From a virus, in IMG/VR virus record IMGVR_UViG_3300045911_000130, positions 1 to 64,000 of that record: a DNA stretch of 64,000 nt, one strand, 5' to 3'. Below, piece by piece: positions 25,914 through 36,500 of this stretch; the first letter of the stretch is position 1, and the number at the start of each line of letters is the position of its first letter. Under the pieces are notes generated by a model. It searched no databases. It was given only the letters and a program-made list of their open reading frames with translations, and was not told the origin of the DNA. Made by a program: the position numbers and the translations under genes.

Positions 25914-28900
25914 ATGAAATTTTTTGCGCTGTTTCTTGCGGCGGGGTGCCTGTTTTCGCAAACCCCGACTTCTACTATCCGCGTCGTAGGCCCTGCAAGC
26001 AACGGCGCGACTCCAGGCGGCAATCCTGTTCAGGTTGCCGGTTGGGATGGGACTTTGGTGCGCTCCATTCGCACCGATTCATCCGGCAATCTGCTCGTCA
26101 CGCTTTCTTCTGGATCGCTCGCAAGCAACATCCAGGGAACGCAGGCGGAAGGCGCAGCGGCGACGGCAAATCCCGTTCGCGTTGGTGGCTGGGATGGCAC
26201 CAATTTGCTGACGCTCAGGACAAATTCATCCGGTGTCGTCGTGAATTCCGTGACGAATACCGGCGCGGATGGGGTGGCAAATACGGCGCTTGCGCGTCTG
26301 GTAACTGCTTCCGGCGACGGCGTTTTGGGCGTGGCTCCCATCGTTTTTAATGGTGCGACCTGGGATCGCCTTCGAGGAACGCCTACCGGGCTCTTTGTCC
26401 AAGGCAACGTCACGGCAGGCACTTTGACGACGGCAAATCCGTTGCTGGCCGGTGGCGTGGATGTTGGGGGCGCGGCGAGGGCGCTTTTGACTAGCACCGC
26501 CGGGCGCTTGTCGGTCGAGGTCAATTCGGGAACAATTGCTGTGACGCAGGCCGTTGCGGCGGATCTGAATGCTACGGTCGTCGGAACCGTCACGGCAAAC
26601 GCTGGAACGGGTAACTTCACGGTGGTTCAGGGGACTGCCGCCAATTTGAATGCGCAGGTGGTGGGCACGGCGGCCAACGGCGCGGCTGCATCCGGTAATC
26701 CGGTTTTGGTGGCTGGCTCGGATGGAACGAATGCGCGTTCGCTTTTGACAAGCTCTGCCGGGCGCTTGTCGGTCGAAGTCAACTCTGGGAACGTGACGGC
26801 CACGGTGTCCGGCAATGTAACCGTGATTCAGCCTACCGCCGGAAACCTCAATGCCACGGTCGTAGGTACTGTCACGGCGAACGCTGGGACGGGTAACTTC
26901 ACAGTGGTTCAGGGGACCGCTTCTAACTTGTTGTCTCAAGTGAGTCAACCCACCGCTTCCAACTTGAATGCTCAGGTCCAAGGCGCTGGGGCCTCCGGGG
27001 CGGCTGTGACCGGAAACCCGGTGCTGACGGCTGGCTCCGATGGCACCAACGCCAGAACTGTTTTGACTGACACTTCTGGCCGGATAATTTCGGTCGGCGC
27101 GGCGGCCTCCGGGGCGGCGGTGGCCGGGAATCCAGTGTTGACCGGCGCATCGGACGGCACCAACGCTCGCTCTTTGCGGGCAACGACCGATGGCGTCTTG
27201 GCGACTACGAACGGCATCGCAAGCGCGGATGGCGTGGCGAATGTTGTCGGCTACGCGGCGCATCTTACCGGATACGCTCCCCAGACGACGTTGCCCATGC
27301 TGTTCAATGGGACCACGCTTGACCGGCTCAGGGGCTCGACGACCGGCCTCTTTGCGCAAGGCCCGGCGGCGGCTGGCTCAGCCGTGGCTGGCAATCCCCT
27401 TTTGATGGGCGGTTCGGACGGCACAAATGTTCGCGCTCTGGCGGTGAGTACCGCCGGGCGCTTATCCGTGGATGTGAACGGTGGCACCCTTACGGTTGTC
27501 GGCTCCGGGAACTTCACGGTCGTTCAGCCAACAGCCGCAAACCTGAATGCGACCGTTCAGGGTACGGTGACAGCCAACGCCGGGACTGGCAACTTCACGG
27601 TCGTTCAAAGCACCGCTTCCGGCCTCAATGCTCAGGTGTTCGGCGGCGCGGCCAATGGCGCGGCGGTTTCCGGCAACCCGGTGCTTGTCGCTGGCTCCGA
27701 TGGCACCAACGCAAGAAGCTTGGCGACGGATGCCAGTGGCAGGCCGGTCGTCGTCGGGGCGGCGGCCTCGGGCGCGGCGGTGGCCGGGAATCCGGTACTC
27801 ATGGGCGGCTCTGATGGCGTCAATGCCCGTTCACTGCTCACCAGTTCGGCTGGCCGGTTGTCGGTCGAAGTCAATTCCGGCACAATCACAGCCAACGCGG
27901 GGTCAGGCACTTTCACGGTTGGACAGGCTACGGCCTCTAACTTGAACGCTCAGGTGTTCGGCGGCGCGGCGTCTGGCGCGGCTGTGTCGGGGAATCCGGT
28001 ACTGATCGGCGGTACGGATGGCACCAATGCTCGAAGCATCTTGACCACGGCGGCTGGCCGGTTGTCGGTCGATATCAATTCAGGGTCGGTCACTGCCACG
28101 GTTTCGGGGAACGTGACGGTAGTCCAGCCGACAGGAAGCAACTTGAACGCAGTCGTGACGGGCACGGTAACCGCCAACGCCGGAACGGGCAATTTCTCCA
28201 GTAACTTGACTCAAGTTGCCGGGAACCCCGTTGTGACGGGCGGCATTTCTGGGGCGCTTGGCGTGGGTGGCTTGGCGGCCAACGCGGCGGCAATTTCTGG
28301 GAATCCGGTTCTTATGGGGGGCTCTGATGGCACCAATGCTCGCAACCTGCTCACCGATACGGCTGGCAGGCCAAATGTTGTCGGCGCGGCGGCCTCCGGC
28401 GCGGCGGTGGCAGGAAATCCAGTATTTGTTGCCGGGCGAGACTCTTCCGGTAACGTGCGGGCTCCGTTGTTCACGACCGGTGGAGCGCTCGCTACGGTGA
28501 TCGCCGCAACTCCGGCGGATGCAGCATCAAACTCAGCCGCGAATCCTTACACTGACACGGCAACGAATGTGCCCCTTCAGGTGTTTCCATCGGTCTTTAA
28601 CGGCACAACCTGGGATCGCTTGCGCGGTACGACCAACGGTGTTTTTGCACAGGGCGCGGCGGCGGCTGGATCAGCCGTGGCCGGAAACCCAGTCATGATG
28701 GGCTTGAGCGATGGCACTAACGCTCGCCGGGTGTTCGGTAACTCTGGAGGCGTACTAGCGACTCTGCAAAATGATGGGGGCCTGTCGGATGGAATGGCAT
28801 TTAACCGTGCGGCTAGGCTGGTGGACAGTAACGGAAATGGCTCTATCGTTGGCGTGGCTCCCACGTTGTTTAATGGCTCAACTTGGGACTTGCAGCCTGG

Positions 28901-29297
28901 ATCTGCTGCTTCTGGTATGAGAGTTGGCGGCAGGGGCTCCGACTCGGTAGGCGTGAATGCGCCGATGCCGGTATGCGACCAAGTGGCAGTCTTTTCCGTT
29001 GGTGCGTCGTCTACTTCGGCAATTGTAGCGGCCTCCGGCTCAAGGCGTGTGCGGGTATGTCAAGTGACTTTTGGTGCATCCGCTGCCGGGACGTTCCGGT
29101 TTATATCCGGCACTGGAACAAATTGCAATACCGGTACAACGAACATTACTGGACAGATACCAATTGCAATAAATACTATCTACCAAGGTGGTTCAGGAGT
29201 TGGTATGATAATGCAATCTGTCGGCGGAGATGCTTTGTGTATACAAACAGCTTCGTCGGCGGCTGGCGAAGGTTATCTGACTTTCGCCCAGTACTAG
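25914..29297 (+). CDS. Gly/Ala/Thr/Asn-rich repetitive fibre-like protein with N-terminal signal peptide
   Basis: MKFFALFLAAGCLFS|Q; about 13 GNPVxxxGSDGTNAR repeats, GTVTANAGTGNF repeats, 4 FNGxTWD-like motifs. Confidence 0.8.
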   Translation: MKFFALFLAAGCLFSQTPTSTIRVVGPASNGATPGGNPVQVAGWDGTLVRSIRTDSSGNLLVTLSSGSLASNIQGTQAEGAAATANPVRVGGWDGTNLLTLRTNSSGVVVNSVTNTGADGVANTALARLVTASGDGVLGVAPIVFNGATWDRLRGTPTGLFVQGNVTAGTLTTANPLLAGGVDVGGAARALLTSTAGRLSVEVNSGTIAVTQAVAADLNATVVGTVTANAGTGNFTVVQGTAANLNAQVVGTAANGAAASGNPVLVAGSDGTNARSLLTSSAGRLSVEVNSGNVTATVSGNVTVIQPTAGNLNATVVGTVTANAGTGNFTVVQGTASNLLSQVSQPTASNLNAQVQGAGASGAAVTGNPVLTAGSDGTNARTVLTDTSGRIISVGAAASGAAVAGNPVLTGASDGTNARSLRATTDGVLATTNGIASADGVANVVGYAAHLTGYAPQTTLPMLFNGTTLDRLRGSTTGLFAQGPAAAGSAVAGNPLLMGGSDGTNVRALAVSTAGRLSVDVNGGTLTVVGSGNFTVVQPTAANLNATVQGTVTANAGTGNFTVVQSTASGLNAQVFGGAANGAAVSGNPVLVAGSDGTNARSLATDASGRPVVVGAAASGAAVAGNPVLMGGSDGVNARSLLTSSAGRLSVEVNSGTITANAGSGTFTVGQATASNLNAQVFGGAASGAAVSGNPVLIGGTDGTNARSILTTAAGRLSVDINSGSVTATVSGNVTVVQPTGSNLNAVVTGTVTANAGTGNFSSNLTQVAGNPVVTGGISGALGVGGLAANAAAISGNPVLMGGSDGTNARNLLTDTAGRPNVVGAAASGAAVAGNPVFVAGRDSSGNVRAPLFTTGGALATVIAATPADAASNSAANPYTDTATNVPLQVFPSVFNGTTWDRLRGTTNGVFAQGAAAAGSAVAGNPVMMGLSDGTNARRVFGNSGGVLATLQNDGGLSDGMAFNRAARLVDSNGNGSIVGVAPTLFNGSTWDLQPGSAASGMRVGGRGSDSVGVNAPMPVCDQVAVFSVGASSTSAIVAASGSRRVRVCQVTFGASAAGTFRFISGTGTNCNTGTTNITGQIPIAINTIYQGGSGVGMIMQSVGGDALCIQTASSAAGEGYLTFAQY

Positions 29298-29316
29298 TTG
29301 AGTAAGGAGAAAGTTT

Positions 29317-29751
29317 ATGTATTGCATTGATTGGAAAATAACGATGCGCTCGGCGCTGTCGTTCATTCTGCCAATTGTCATGGTTGTGGTTGTGGTTGCG
29401 CTGATCATCTGGGACAACCATAACTTGCAGGCTCAGACGACCAACCCTAATGCCACCGTCACCACTCAGGCTGGACCGGCGGCTCCGGTGGCGTTGACCA
29501 TTGAGGATCAGGCGCGGGTGCGTTCGCTCCAGGCGGAAGCTTTGAGCGCCGAGAGCGCGGCTAAGCAGTTGTTCAATAATTGGTTGCTTACCGAAGATGG
29601 CCGCAAGTTCAGTGAGATCAATCAACGTGCCGTTCAATTCAACGGCGCTTTGGAAATGACCATCAAGAATTTGCAGACGAAGTACGGAGCGAATGGCTAT
29701 GAACTTCGTTCGAGCCCAGACGGCAGTTCTTTGGTCTGGGTGAAGCAGTAG
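29317..29751 (+). CDS. Membrane-anchored or exported protein
   Basis: AAGGAG SD; strong hydrophobic segment followed by LQAQ. Confidence 0.65.
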   Translation: MYCIDWKITMRSALSFILPIVMVVVVVALIIWDNHNLQAQTTNPNATVTTQAGPAAPVALTIEDQARVRSLQAEALSAESAAKQLFNNWLLTEDGRKFSEINQRAVQFNGALEMTIKNLQTKYGANGYELRSSPDGSSLVWVKQ

Positions 29752-29777
29752 TCTCAAGTTGAGATAAGGAGCGTCGT

Positions 29778-30428
29778 ATGACACCAACAGCCGGAACCGC
29801 ATACATGCGGCCAATGGCCTTGCAGGATCTTGCATTGACTACCAATCCCAATGGGGAAACATTTGTTGATGAAGTTTGGGGCGCTGGTCCTCAAACACTG
29901 GACAAAATACCGGCGCTTCTTCTGACCAGCCTGATCCAATCGGCCAACGATGGCACGGCTGAGGCGTCTGGAGTTCAGCCGTCTCAGCTTTACTACAATA
30001 CGACCTTCAAGGCTCCGGCGGCTTTGGCGGCTCCGCGCCAAGAAATACCAACCGGCTTCGTCAATGGCGCGAATGTAATTTTCTCGCTGCTATTAAATCC
30101 GATCCGATTGCTTCTCTATCGGAACGGCATGATTTTGCGTGCCGGTGTGGATTACAGTGTGGCGGCTAACGTCATTACCCTGCGTGGGTTTAGCGGGCTT
30201 TGCAACACGAACGGGACCGCTGTAACTTTGGTGAGTGGAAGCAACTTCCGTTACTCTATGCAGGGCCTCAACATCGTGATCAATAGCGTTACGTACACTA
30301 TTGTTAACGTGCTGGGTGGAAATACATTGATTTTGAACGCGGCGGCTCCTGTGGCGACCAATGTGAACTGGTCAACCACTGGTGCGCCAATTCTGGGAGA
30401 CGAACTGAATGCTTACTACTGGCGTTAA
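29778..30428 (+). CDS. Putative tail/structural protein
   Basis: AAGGAG SD; PTG.VNG.N..F...LYRNG...G.DY domain. Confidence 0.7.
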   Translation: MTPTAGTAYMRPMALQDLALTTNPNGETFVDEVWGAGPQTLDKIPALLLTSLIQSANDGTAEASGVQPSQLYYNTTFKAPAALAAPRQEIPTGFVNGANVIFSLLLNPIRLLLYRNGMILRAGVDYSVAANVITLRGFSGLCNTNGTAVTLVSGSNFRYSMQGLNIVINSVTYTIVNVLGGNTLILNAAAPVATNVNWSTTGAPILGDELNAYYWR

Positions 30429-32580
30429 GATCGGCTTGTTGCTTGTGGCTGCTCTGGCGTTTGCCCAGCAGCCGACGCCGCTGCAATACACGGCGATCAA
30501 TGGAATTACAAGCAGTACCGCAATCGACAATCGAAGCGAGACGACGCGGAGGAACGACTATCACGGATTTTGCGTAACTGGATTTTCTCCTACATACTCC
30601 GTTCAGATTCAGTATTCGGATAGTTCCAATACTGGGCCTTGGACCAATTTTTCGGATCTTGCCAGCCTTGTGCAGAACGGCGCGGCGACTTGTTACGGGT
30701 ATGGGATTGGTTATCATCCTTGGATTCGGTTCAACATAACCGGCTCAGCGTCAATAGCCTACACCGGGACTCGTGGTTTCAATTATCCGTATGGTGCTGG
30801 GACGCTTACAACGATTGCGGCGCAAAACGTCACCTATACTTCTTCGGCTTCGGGAGCAATCGCAACAAATGTTAGAGCAAAACTCGATCAAATTTTTAGT
30901 CCTCGTGATTTTGGCGCTGTTTGTGATGGGGTTACAAACGACACCGCCGCAATCCAAGCGGCGATCAATGCGCTTCCGGCCTACGGAGTCTTGGACGGTT
31001 ATGGGTGCTATTCGGCGGTTACTTCGGTCAATCTCAAGTCAAAAATGACTATTCGTAATTACCGGCTGACAGTTCTTTCGGCGGGTGATACTGCGTTTTT
31101 GACGGCTCTATTGATAAACGGCCTACAAACTTCTTCTGGGGCTCGGCCTCAGGGCACGATAGGAGGATTAGAGCAAATTCGCGTTGAAAATGTCCATATC
31201 AATGGAAACCGGGCGCTGACAACCAACATCGTTACGCCTTCGCAGGAAGATGGGGGCAACCATTGCATCGCCGCGCTTGGGTGGGTGAGGGATTTGTGGA
31301 TTGAGAATTCCAGCTTCACTTATTGCGGCGCGGATGGCATCGAACTTGCAGGGTATGAGCAGCCCCGGACTACGCCAAATACGATATGCCCCAGCGATGA
31401 AGCGACTTGTCTTCCGATTCAACATGTGACGATAATCAACACGGATACGAGTTATAATCGGCGTCATGGCGTTACGCTGAACGGCGTATTTGATTACAGT
31501 TTCATATCTTCGACCGCCACTAATAACGGGCGCACGCTCAACGGCGAGACGGTCAATACCAACGGCAATTTTTGCGCTACTCTGGGTGCCCCGGACTTCC
31601 GGTGTTACGCTACTGGTACTTGGTATGAAAACGACGGCCTCAGCCCGTCCGGCGGTGGCTTAAATAGCGTTAACATTATCAGTTCAACGTTCAGGGACAA
31701 TGAGGCGCGGTCCTTGTATTTCTATAGCATCGGGGCACCAACAAATCCTCTCTTCCGTCCAAGGTGTAATGTTCGCGTCACTGATTCATACTTGGATCGT
31801 GGCCGCACGCTAGGATTCGTCAATCCTGCCGCCTTAGCGGTGCAGTTGCTTTATAACACTGTGCATGACGGCACAGGCACCATTTATTGCAATTTTGAAT
31901 TTACAAATAATTACATTGAGGGGCGCTTTGCCGTGCGCGGCGTCGATGGGTTTAAGGTCTTCGGTGGCGAGATAAAGACTTTGGGTGCTGAGATAGGATA
32001 TCGTGAGTTCTCGACTAATGTCGGCTTGACTAACGTTCGAGTAACGCCAACCAGCAATCAAGTTTTTGCTACAGGAGGCAACCGCACGCCAACAAATACT
32101 ACTCCAGCAATTTACACAGAATCTGTTGATAAATCCTGGAAGCAGCAAACCGTCGATCATTTTGATGTTCCGTTAGGACGCTCGTATGCATATTTCCCAA
32201 ACGATTTCTTCACTGACCCAACCATATCTACCAACTCGGGACAGATGAGAAGTTACGGATTACAGTGGAGTTCGGTGGCAGGATTCCTAAATGGACCGGC
32301 TGCGCTGTTGAGCGGGTACGGCGGTCTGCGGTTTTATGCGCAAAATACGCCATCTATGGAAATCAAATTCCAGCTTGGCATGACGTTGCCAAGGACAATT
32401 ACCCCATCGCTTCAACTGGGATTAGGAACGACGGTTCATGGCGGCCAAGTGTGCTCGTCCGACCATGAGGGGCTGTTCTTTTTCGATAGGCGCACTGTTT
32501 CGTTGAATAGTTCCCTTTGGATTTGCGGAGCTACTTCTGCCGGTGTATATTCCTGGAAGCAGGTGCTAACGTGGCCGTAG
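30409..32580 (+). CDS. Tailspike/depolymerase-like beta-helix protein with N-terminal signal peptide
   Basis: GLLLVAALAFA|QQ; SPRDFGAVCDGVTNDTAAIQAAI pectate-lyase-3-like start; DGI/HG beta-helix repeats. Confidence 0.75.
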   Translation: MLTTGVKIGLLLVAALAFAQQPTPLQYTAINGITSSTAIDNRSETTRRNDYHGFCVTGFSPTYSVQIQYSDSSNTGPWTNFSDLASLVQNGAATCYGYGIGYHPWIRFNITGSASIAYTGTRGFNYPYGAGTLTTIAAQNVTYTSSASGAIATNVRAKLDQIFSPRDFGAVCDGVTNDTAAIQAAINALPAYGVLDGYGCYSAVTSVNLKSKMTIRNYRLTVLSAGDTAFLTALLINGLQTSSGARPQGTIGGLEQIRVENVHINGNRALTTNIVTPSQEDGGNHCIAALGWVRDLWIENSSFTYCGADGIELAGYEQPRTTPNTICPSDEATCLPIQHVTIINTDTSYNRRHGVTLNGVFDYSFISSTATNNGRTLNGETVNTNGNFCATLGAPDFRCYATGTWYENDGLSPSGGGLNSVNIISSTFRDNEARSLYFYSIGAPTNPLFRPRCNVRVTDSYLDRGRTLGFVNPAALAVQLLYNTVHDGTGTIYCNFEFTNNYIEGRFAVRGVDGFKVFGGEIKTLGAEIGYREFSTNVGLTNVRVTPTSNQVFATGGNRTPTNTTPAIYTESVDKSWKQQTVDHFDVPLGRSYAYFPNDFFTDPTISTNSGQMRSYGLQWSSVAGFLNGPAALLSGYGGLRFYAQNTPSMEIKFQLGMTLPRTITPSLQLGLGTTVHGGQVCSSDHEGLFFFDRRTVSLNSSLWICGATSAGVYSWKQVLTWP

Positions 32581-32966
32581 ACTTCTCTGGCGACTTTATC
32601 GAACAGGACGCGAGCAGCAAAAGCTGGAACGAATACCGGTTGATGATCCTGAATGAGCTTCGGCGCGTCTCAAACGGGCTAAAGGATTTGGCTACGGAAG
32701 TACGCGAGATGAAGACTGCGCTGGAGCTTCAAAAGAAGGAAAACGAAGCGATTAGCGATATCCAGCATTCCGTCGAGGCCGAAAAGATTCGGGTGACCGC
32801 CATAGATGCTCGCGTGCAAATGCTGGAGATCGCTGAAAAGGCCAATGGCAAAACGCGAGAAGCCGTCCATGATCTCAGCAAAAAAGCCTATGCGGCTGTT
32901 TTGCTCATCGGCGTATTCGGCCCAAAACTTTTGGACTACCTCTGGAGCCTCATAACGGCAAAGTAA
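32571..32966 (+). CDS. Coiled-coil protein with C-terminal TM (XhlA/holin-like architecture)
   Basis: WNEYRLMILNEL, coiled coil, hydrophobic C-terminus. Confidence 0.55.
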   Translation: MAVDFSGDFIEQDASSKSWNEYRLMILNELRRVSNGLKDLATEVREMKTALELQKKENEAISDIQHSVEAEKIRVTAIDARVQMLEIAEKANGKTREAVHDLSKKAYAAVLLIGVFGPKLLDYLWSLITAK

Positions 32967-32967
32967 A

Positions 32968-32997
32968 TTGAAGACCACATAGTACTCATGGTATTCT
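32968..32997 (+). promoter_or_regulatory. Sigma70-like promoter for the terminase operon (TTGAAG-18-TATTCT, extended TG)
   Basis: ATG 6 nt after the -10; TAGTACT in the spacer. Confidence 0.5.
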
Positions 32998-33003
32998 TGC
33001 AAC

Positions 33004-33558
33004 ATGAACGCGGAAGATGCAGTAATCGCATCGGAGCCGGTTCAGCCAGCCTTGCGGATAGTAACAGTCTCTCCGCCGTCCGCCGACTCTGAACTCTCCC
33101 CTCCGGTAACGCAAGAACAACAAACTCGCGCCGTAACAGCGAAAAAAGCGCGAAGGGTTACGCCTCGAAACGTTGCCAAGATTCGACAACAGCAGATTCT
33201 TGACAATTTTCATGAACTGTCGGGCATGTTCCTGGACTTTCTTCGCAAGGGAGCGCGAAACGGCGATCCGCGAGCGGGCAAGATGCTCGGGGAAGTATTG
33301 GGCTACCTGGAGACTGCTTCCCCCAGCGGCAGCACCATCAACATCACGCAGACCAACAAGGTCGATGCCAGCCAAGACAATCGAACGATAGTCGCAACGG
33401 ATTCGCGTGGCTTTGAGAACATTGTGCGCCGCCTGGAAAAGCGCACTTCATCGGTACAGCTATCGAACGCTGACGCCGAAATCATCGAAGTCAAAGCGTT
33501 GCCATCCGCCGAACCGGCTGAGGACATCGACAAGATTCTCGATGAATTCACCCTATGA
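33004..33558 (+). CDS. Putative terminase small subunit
   Basis: Directly upstream of TerL with an ATGA overlap; size fits. Confidence 0.55.
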   Translation: MNAEDAVIASEPVQPALRIVTVSPPSADSELSPPVTQEQQTRAVTAKKARRVTPRNVAKIRQQQILDNFHELSGMFLDFLRKGARNGDPRAGKMLGEVLGYLETASPSGSTINITQTNKVDASQDNRTIVATDSRGFENIVRRLEKRTSSVQLSNADAEIIEVKALPSAEPAEDIDKILDEFTL

Positions 33559-36500
33559 GGTTTCTGGAGCCTAAGAGAATTTCAGGGCGCGATGCCGGGA
33601 TCGCGGAACTGATCGAGTACTTTGACGCCGATGAGCGCGTCGGGCGCTGGGATCTGTTGACCGACAAGGAACTGGAGATCATCGAAGGGGAAGCTACGCG
33701 CTGCAAGGAGCATTTTTCCTATGCGGCGCGTAACTATTTCAGCATGGTCAACAAGCGCCGTGAAGAGAAGATATTTGAGTTTTGGGAATCCCAAATGCTC
33801 ATTCTCGACCGGCTGCAACAACTTCAAGACCGCAGGCGTCCGGGGAAAATACTAGTCGTCAAGGCTCGACAACTTGGAGCCAGCTTGCTTCTGGAAATGC
33901 TAGTGGCCTGGAAGAGCATGTTTTTCCAGAACACGAACAGCGCCGTCGTAAGTTACGACCCGGACCATTCAGCCTACTTGTTTTCGCTCATGCAGTATGT
34001 GTATGACCGGATGCCCTGGTGGCTTCGCCCGATGTGCTCCAGCCGCGAATTCAAGAACGGTCTGGTATTTGAGAATCCCAGCTACGAAGATCGCCGGAAG
34101 AATCCTGGATTGAATAGCCGGATCACGGTGCAGAGCGCCAACAAGCTCACTGGCGTCGGCCAAGGCATCAAGATCAACGTCTTTCACGGATGCCTTGTTC
34201 CTTCTACGGCAATCCATCTCGCCGATGGAACGGTCAAGCCGATTTGTGACGTTGAGCCGGGCGATCTGGTTGTGACCTCAGAGGCTCGGGTGGCTTCAGT
34301 GAAGCACCGATTCCTCAGCGGCAAGTCGAACGAGGAAACTGCCAAGATTCGACTGTGGGGCAACAATTCATGGCTGGAGACAACGCTGGATCACAAAATC
34401 CTGACTCCGGGCGGCTGGGTGGAAGCTCAGCACATCCAGCCAAACGATAAGGTTCGATTCTCTGTTCGGCCAATTGAAGAGAATCAACGCGCTTTGGAAG
34501 TTTGGCAGTATGCAATTGGGGGCGATTGGAAAAAGCCAAAGCCGGTTCAGAGTGAATTGGTGCCTGTTGATTACGCATTAGGTCAGTATCTTGGATGGTA
34601 TCTAGCCGAAGGCAGCTTAAAGAAAACCAAACGCGGCGGCAAGGATTATGGATATCAATCTGTGTATTTCAGCGTTCATCGGAATGAAGTTGATTATATA
34701 AAGAGCATCATCCTAGCAATCGACAAAAATGCTAACATCAGAATTGAAAATGCAAAAGGTTCTCTAACTTCAAATGTTATTCATAACTCTCGCAGATTCG
34801 CTCGCTTGGTAAGCGAGGTTTGTTCTGTGACCGATACAAAGCACTTCCCAGCGTTTGCCTGGTCGTCTGGTCGAGACTTTTTGGCTGGGCTTGTGGATGG
34901 AATGTGGGATGGAGACGGCAACATTGGATCGACCGCTGAGAGAAGGGTGAAGTTCACAACTGTCCGTCACGCGATGGCTTTGGATATGCGGATGGCGATG
35001 GCGAGCCTAGGTTATGGTTGGTGCGCCATGAAATCGCGAGAGGCTGGTCGTCGCTACGGGCGGAATTGCAAAAAGGTGTGGATTGTTGAAGCGCTTGGCC
35101 GCACTTTCGACAGTTACATGAAAGTTCGCGGGATTCCCACTTGGTTGAAGCGTCAGGCCGGTCAAGATGCAGTTCAGCGTTGGGAATGGGCCGAAAACGG
35201 CAAATTCATCGACATCAAAGTCAAAGAGGTGGGCCGGGGCTTCAGCGCTACCTTCTGGGATCTTGAAATAGATGCGGCGGAGCATAGTTTCCAGACAGAG
35301 CACTGCGTTGTTAAAAACTCGGAAGTCGGCGATTGGGCGAACGCCGCCGAAGTCATCGACGGCGACTTGGTGAACGCGCTCGTGGAAGATTGGGATACCA
35401 TCGCGGCGCTCGAATCCACCGCCAAGGGCTCCGGCAACTACTTCCACCGCCTCTGGCTCCGCAACGTGGAGCTTGGCGAATCCGCCGAATGGCATCCGAT
35501 CTTCATGCCGTGGTTCTTTGAGGCTACGCGCGTTCTTGCGCCGCCGGGCGGATGGCGGCCAAAGCCGGAAGAACTTCAGATGCAGCAGCAGGTGGAGATG
35601 GAATGGCTGCGATGCAGCAACCCCACTTGCAAGCAATACCACGAGCGTTTGTTCCGGGATCGAGACCGTTCGGGTAGCGTGTGCCCGACCTGCACCAATG
35701 GTTTCCTGGTGGCGTACAAGCTGAGCCCGGACCAAATGTTCTGGCGCGAGGTCAAGCGCCTGAATTCGGATCGCGACGAGGTAAGCGCCAAGCTGCTCAA
35801 GCAGGAAATGGCGACGACCGCCACGGATGCGTTCCAGTCAAGCGGCTATACCCTCTTCCCTGAGGTCTGTCAGAGCTTCGTGCAGCAAACAGTGCGCGAG
35901 CCCCGGCTGAAGGGCCACTTTGACGGCAAGGATCAATTCCACGCGATTCACCCTGTCACGCTCCAATGCGTCCTCAATGGATGCGGCGCGGATCACTACG
36001 CGGACGGCAGGGATGTTTGGATCTGGGAATTGCCCGATCCAAATTCCGAATATGTGATGGGTGCCGACGTTGCGGAAGGTCTGGGCGGCCCGGACTCCGA
36101 CTTCTCGGTGGCTGTGGTTTTGCGCCTGGGCAAGAACGGCGCACCAGACCGGCAAGTCGCCAAATTCAGAAGTAACACCACAAGCCCGATTGAATTCGCC
36201 TACATGATGAAAAGCTTGGGCAAGTGGTATAACACTGCAATGATAGCGGTCGAACTCAACAAGTATGATATTGCGGCGGGTACGCTGCGATTCAACTTGC
36301 AGTATCCGAATCTGTACCGCTGGAAGGCTTTGGACGCAACGAACATCCTGACGAATAAGTTCGGCTGGGTGACGAACCAAGTAACGAAGCCAAGGCTCTA
36401 TCAGACCTTCATTCGCTACCTGAAGGCTAACATGGTCATCATTCGCAGCAAGAATTGCAGCGAAGAAATGAAGACTTTCCAGAAGGAAGATATGCAAAGC

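Noticed and set aside
25914-25952. Lipoprotein lipobox (AAGC)
   Set aside because: The -3 residue is Ala rather than L/V/I; signal peptidase I cleavage before Gln looks more plausible, though not excluded
25914-29297. Repeats as a CRISPR array or a DGR template/variable pair
   Set aside because: Repeats are in-frame coding units with synonymous divergence; no unique spacers and no reverse transcriptase seen
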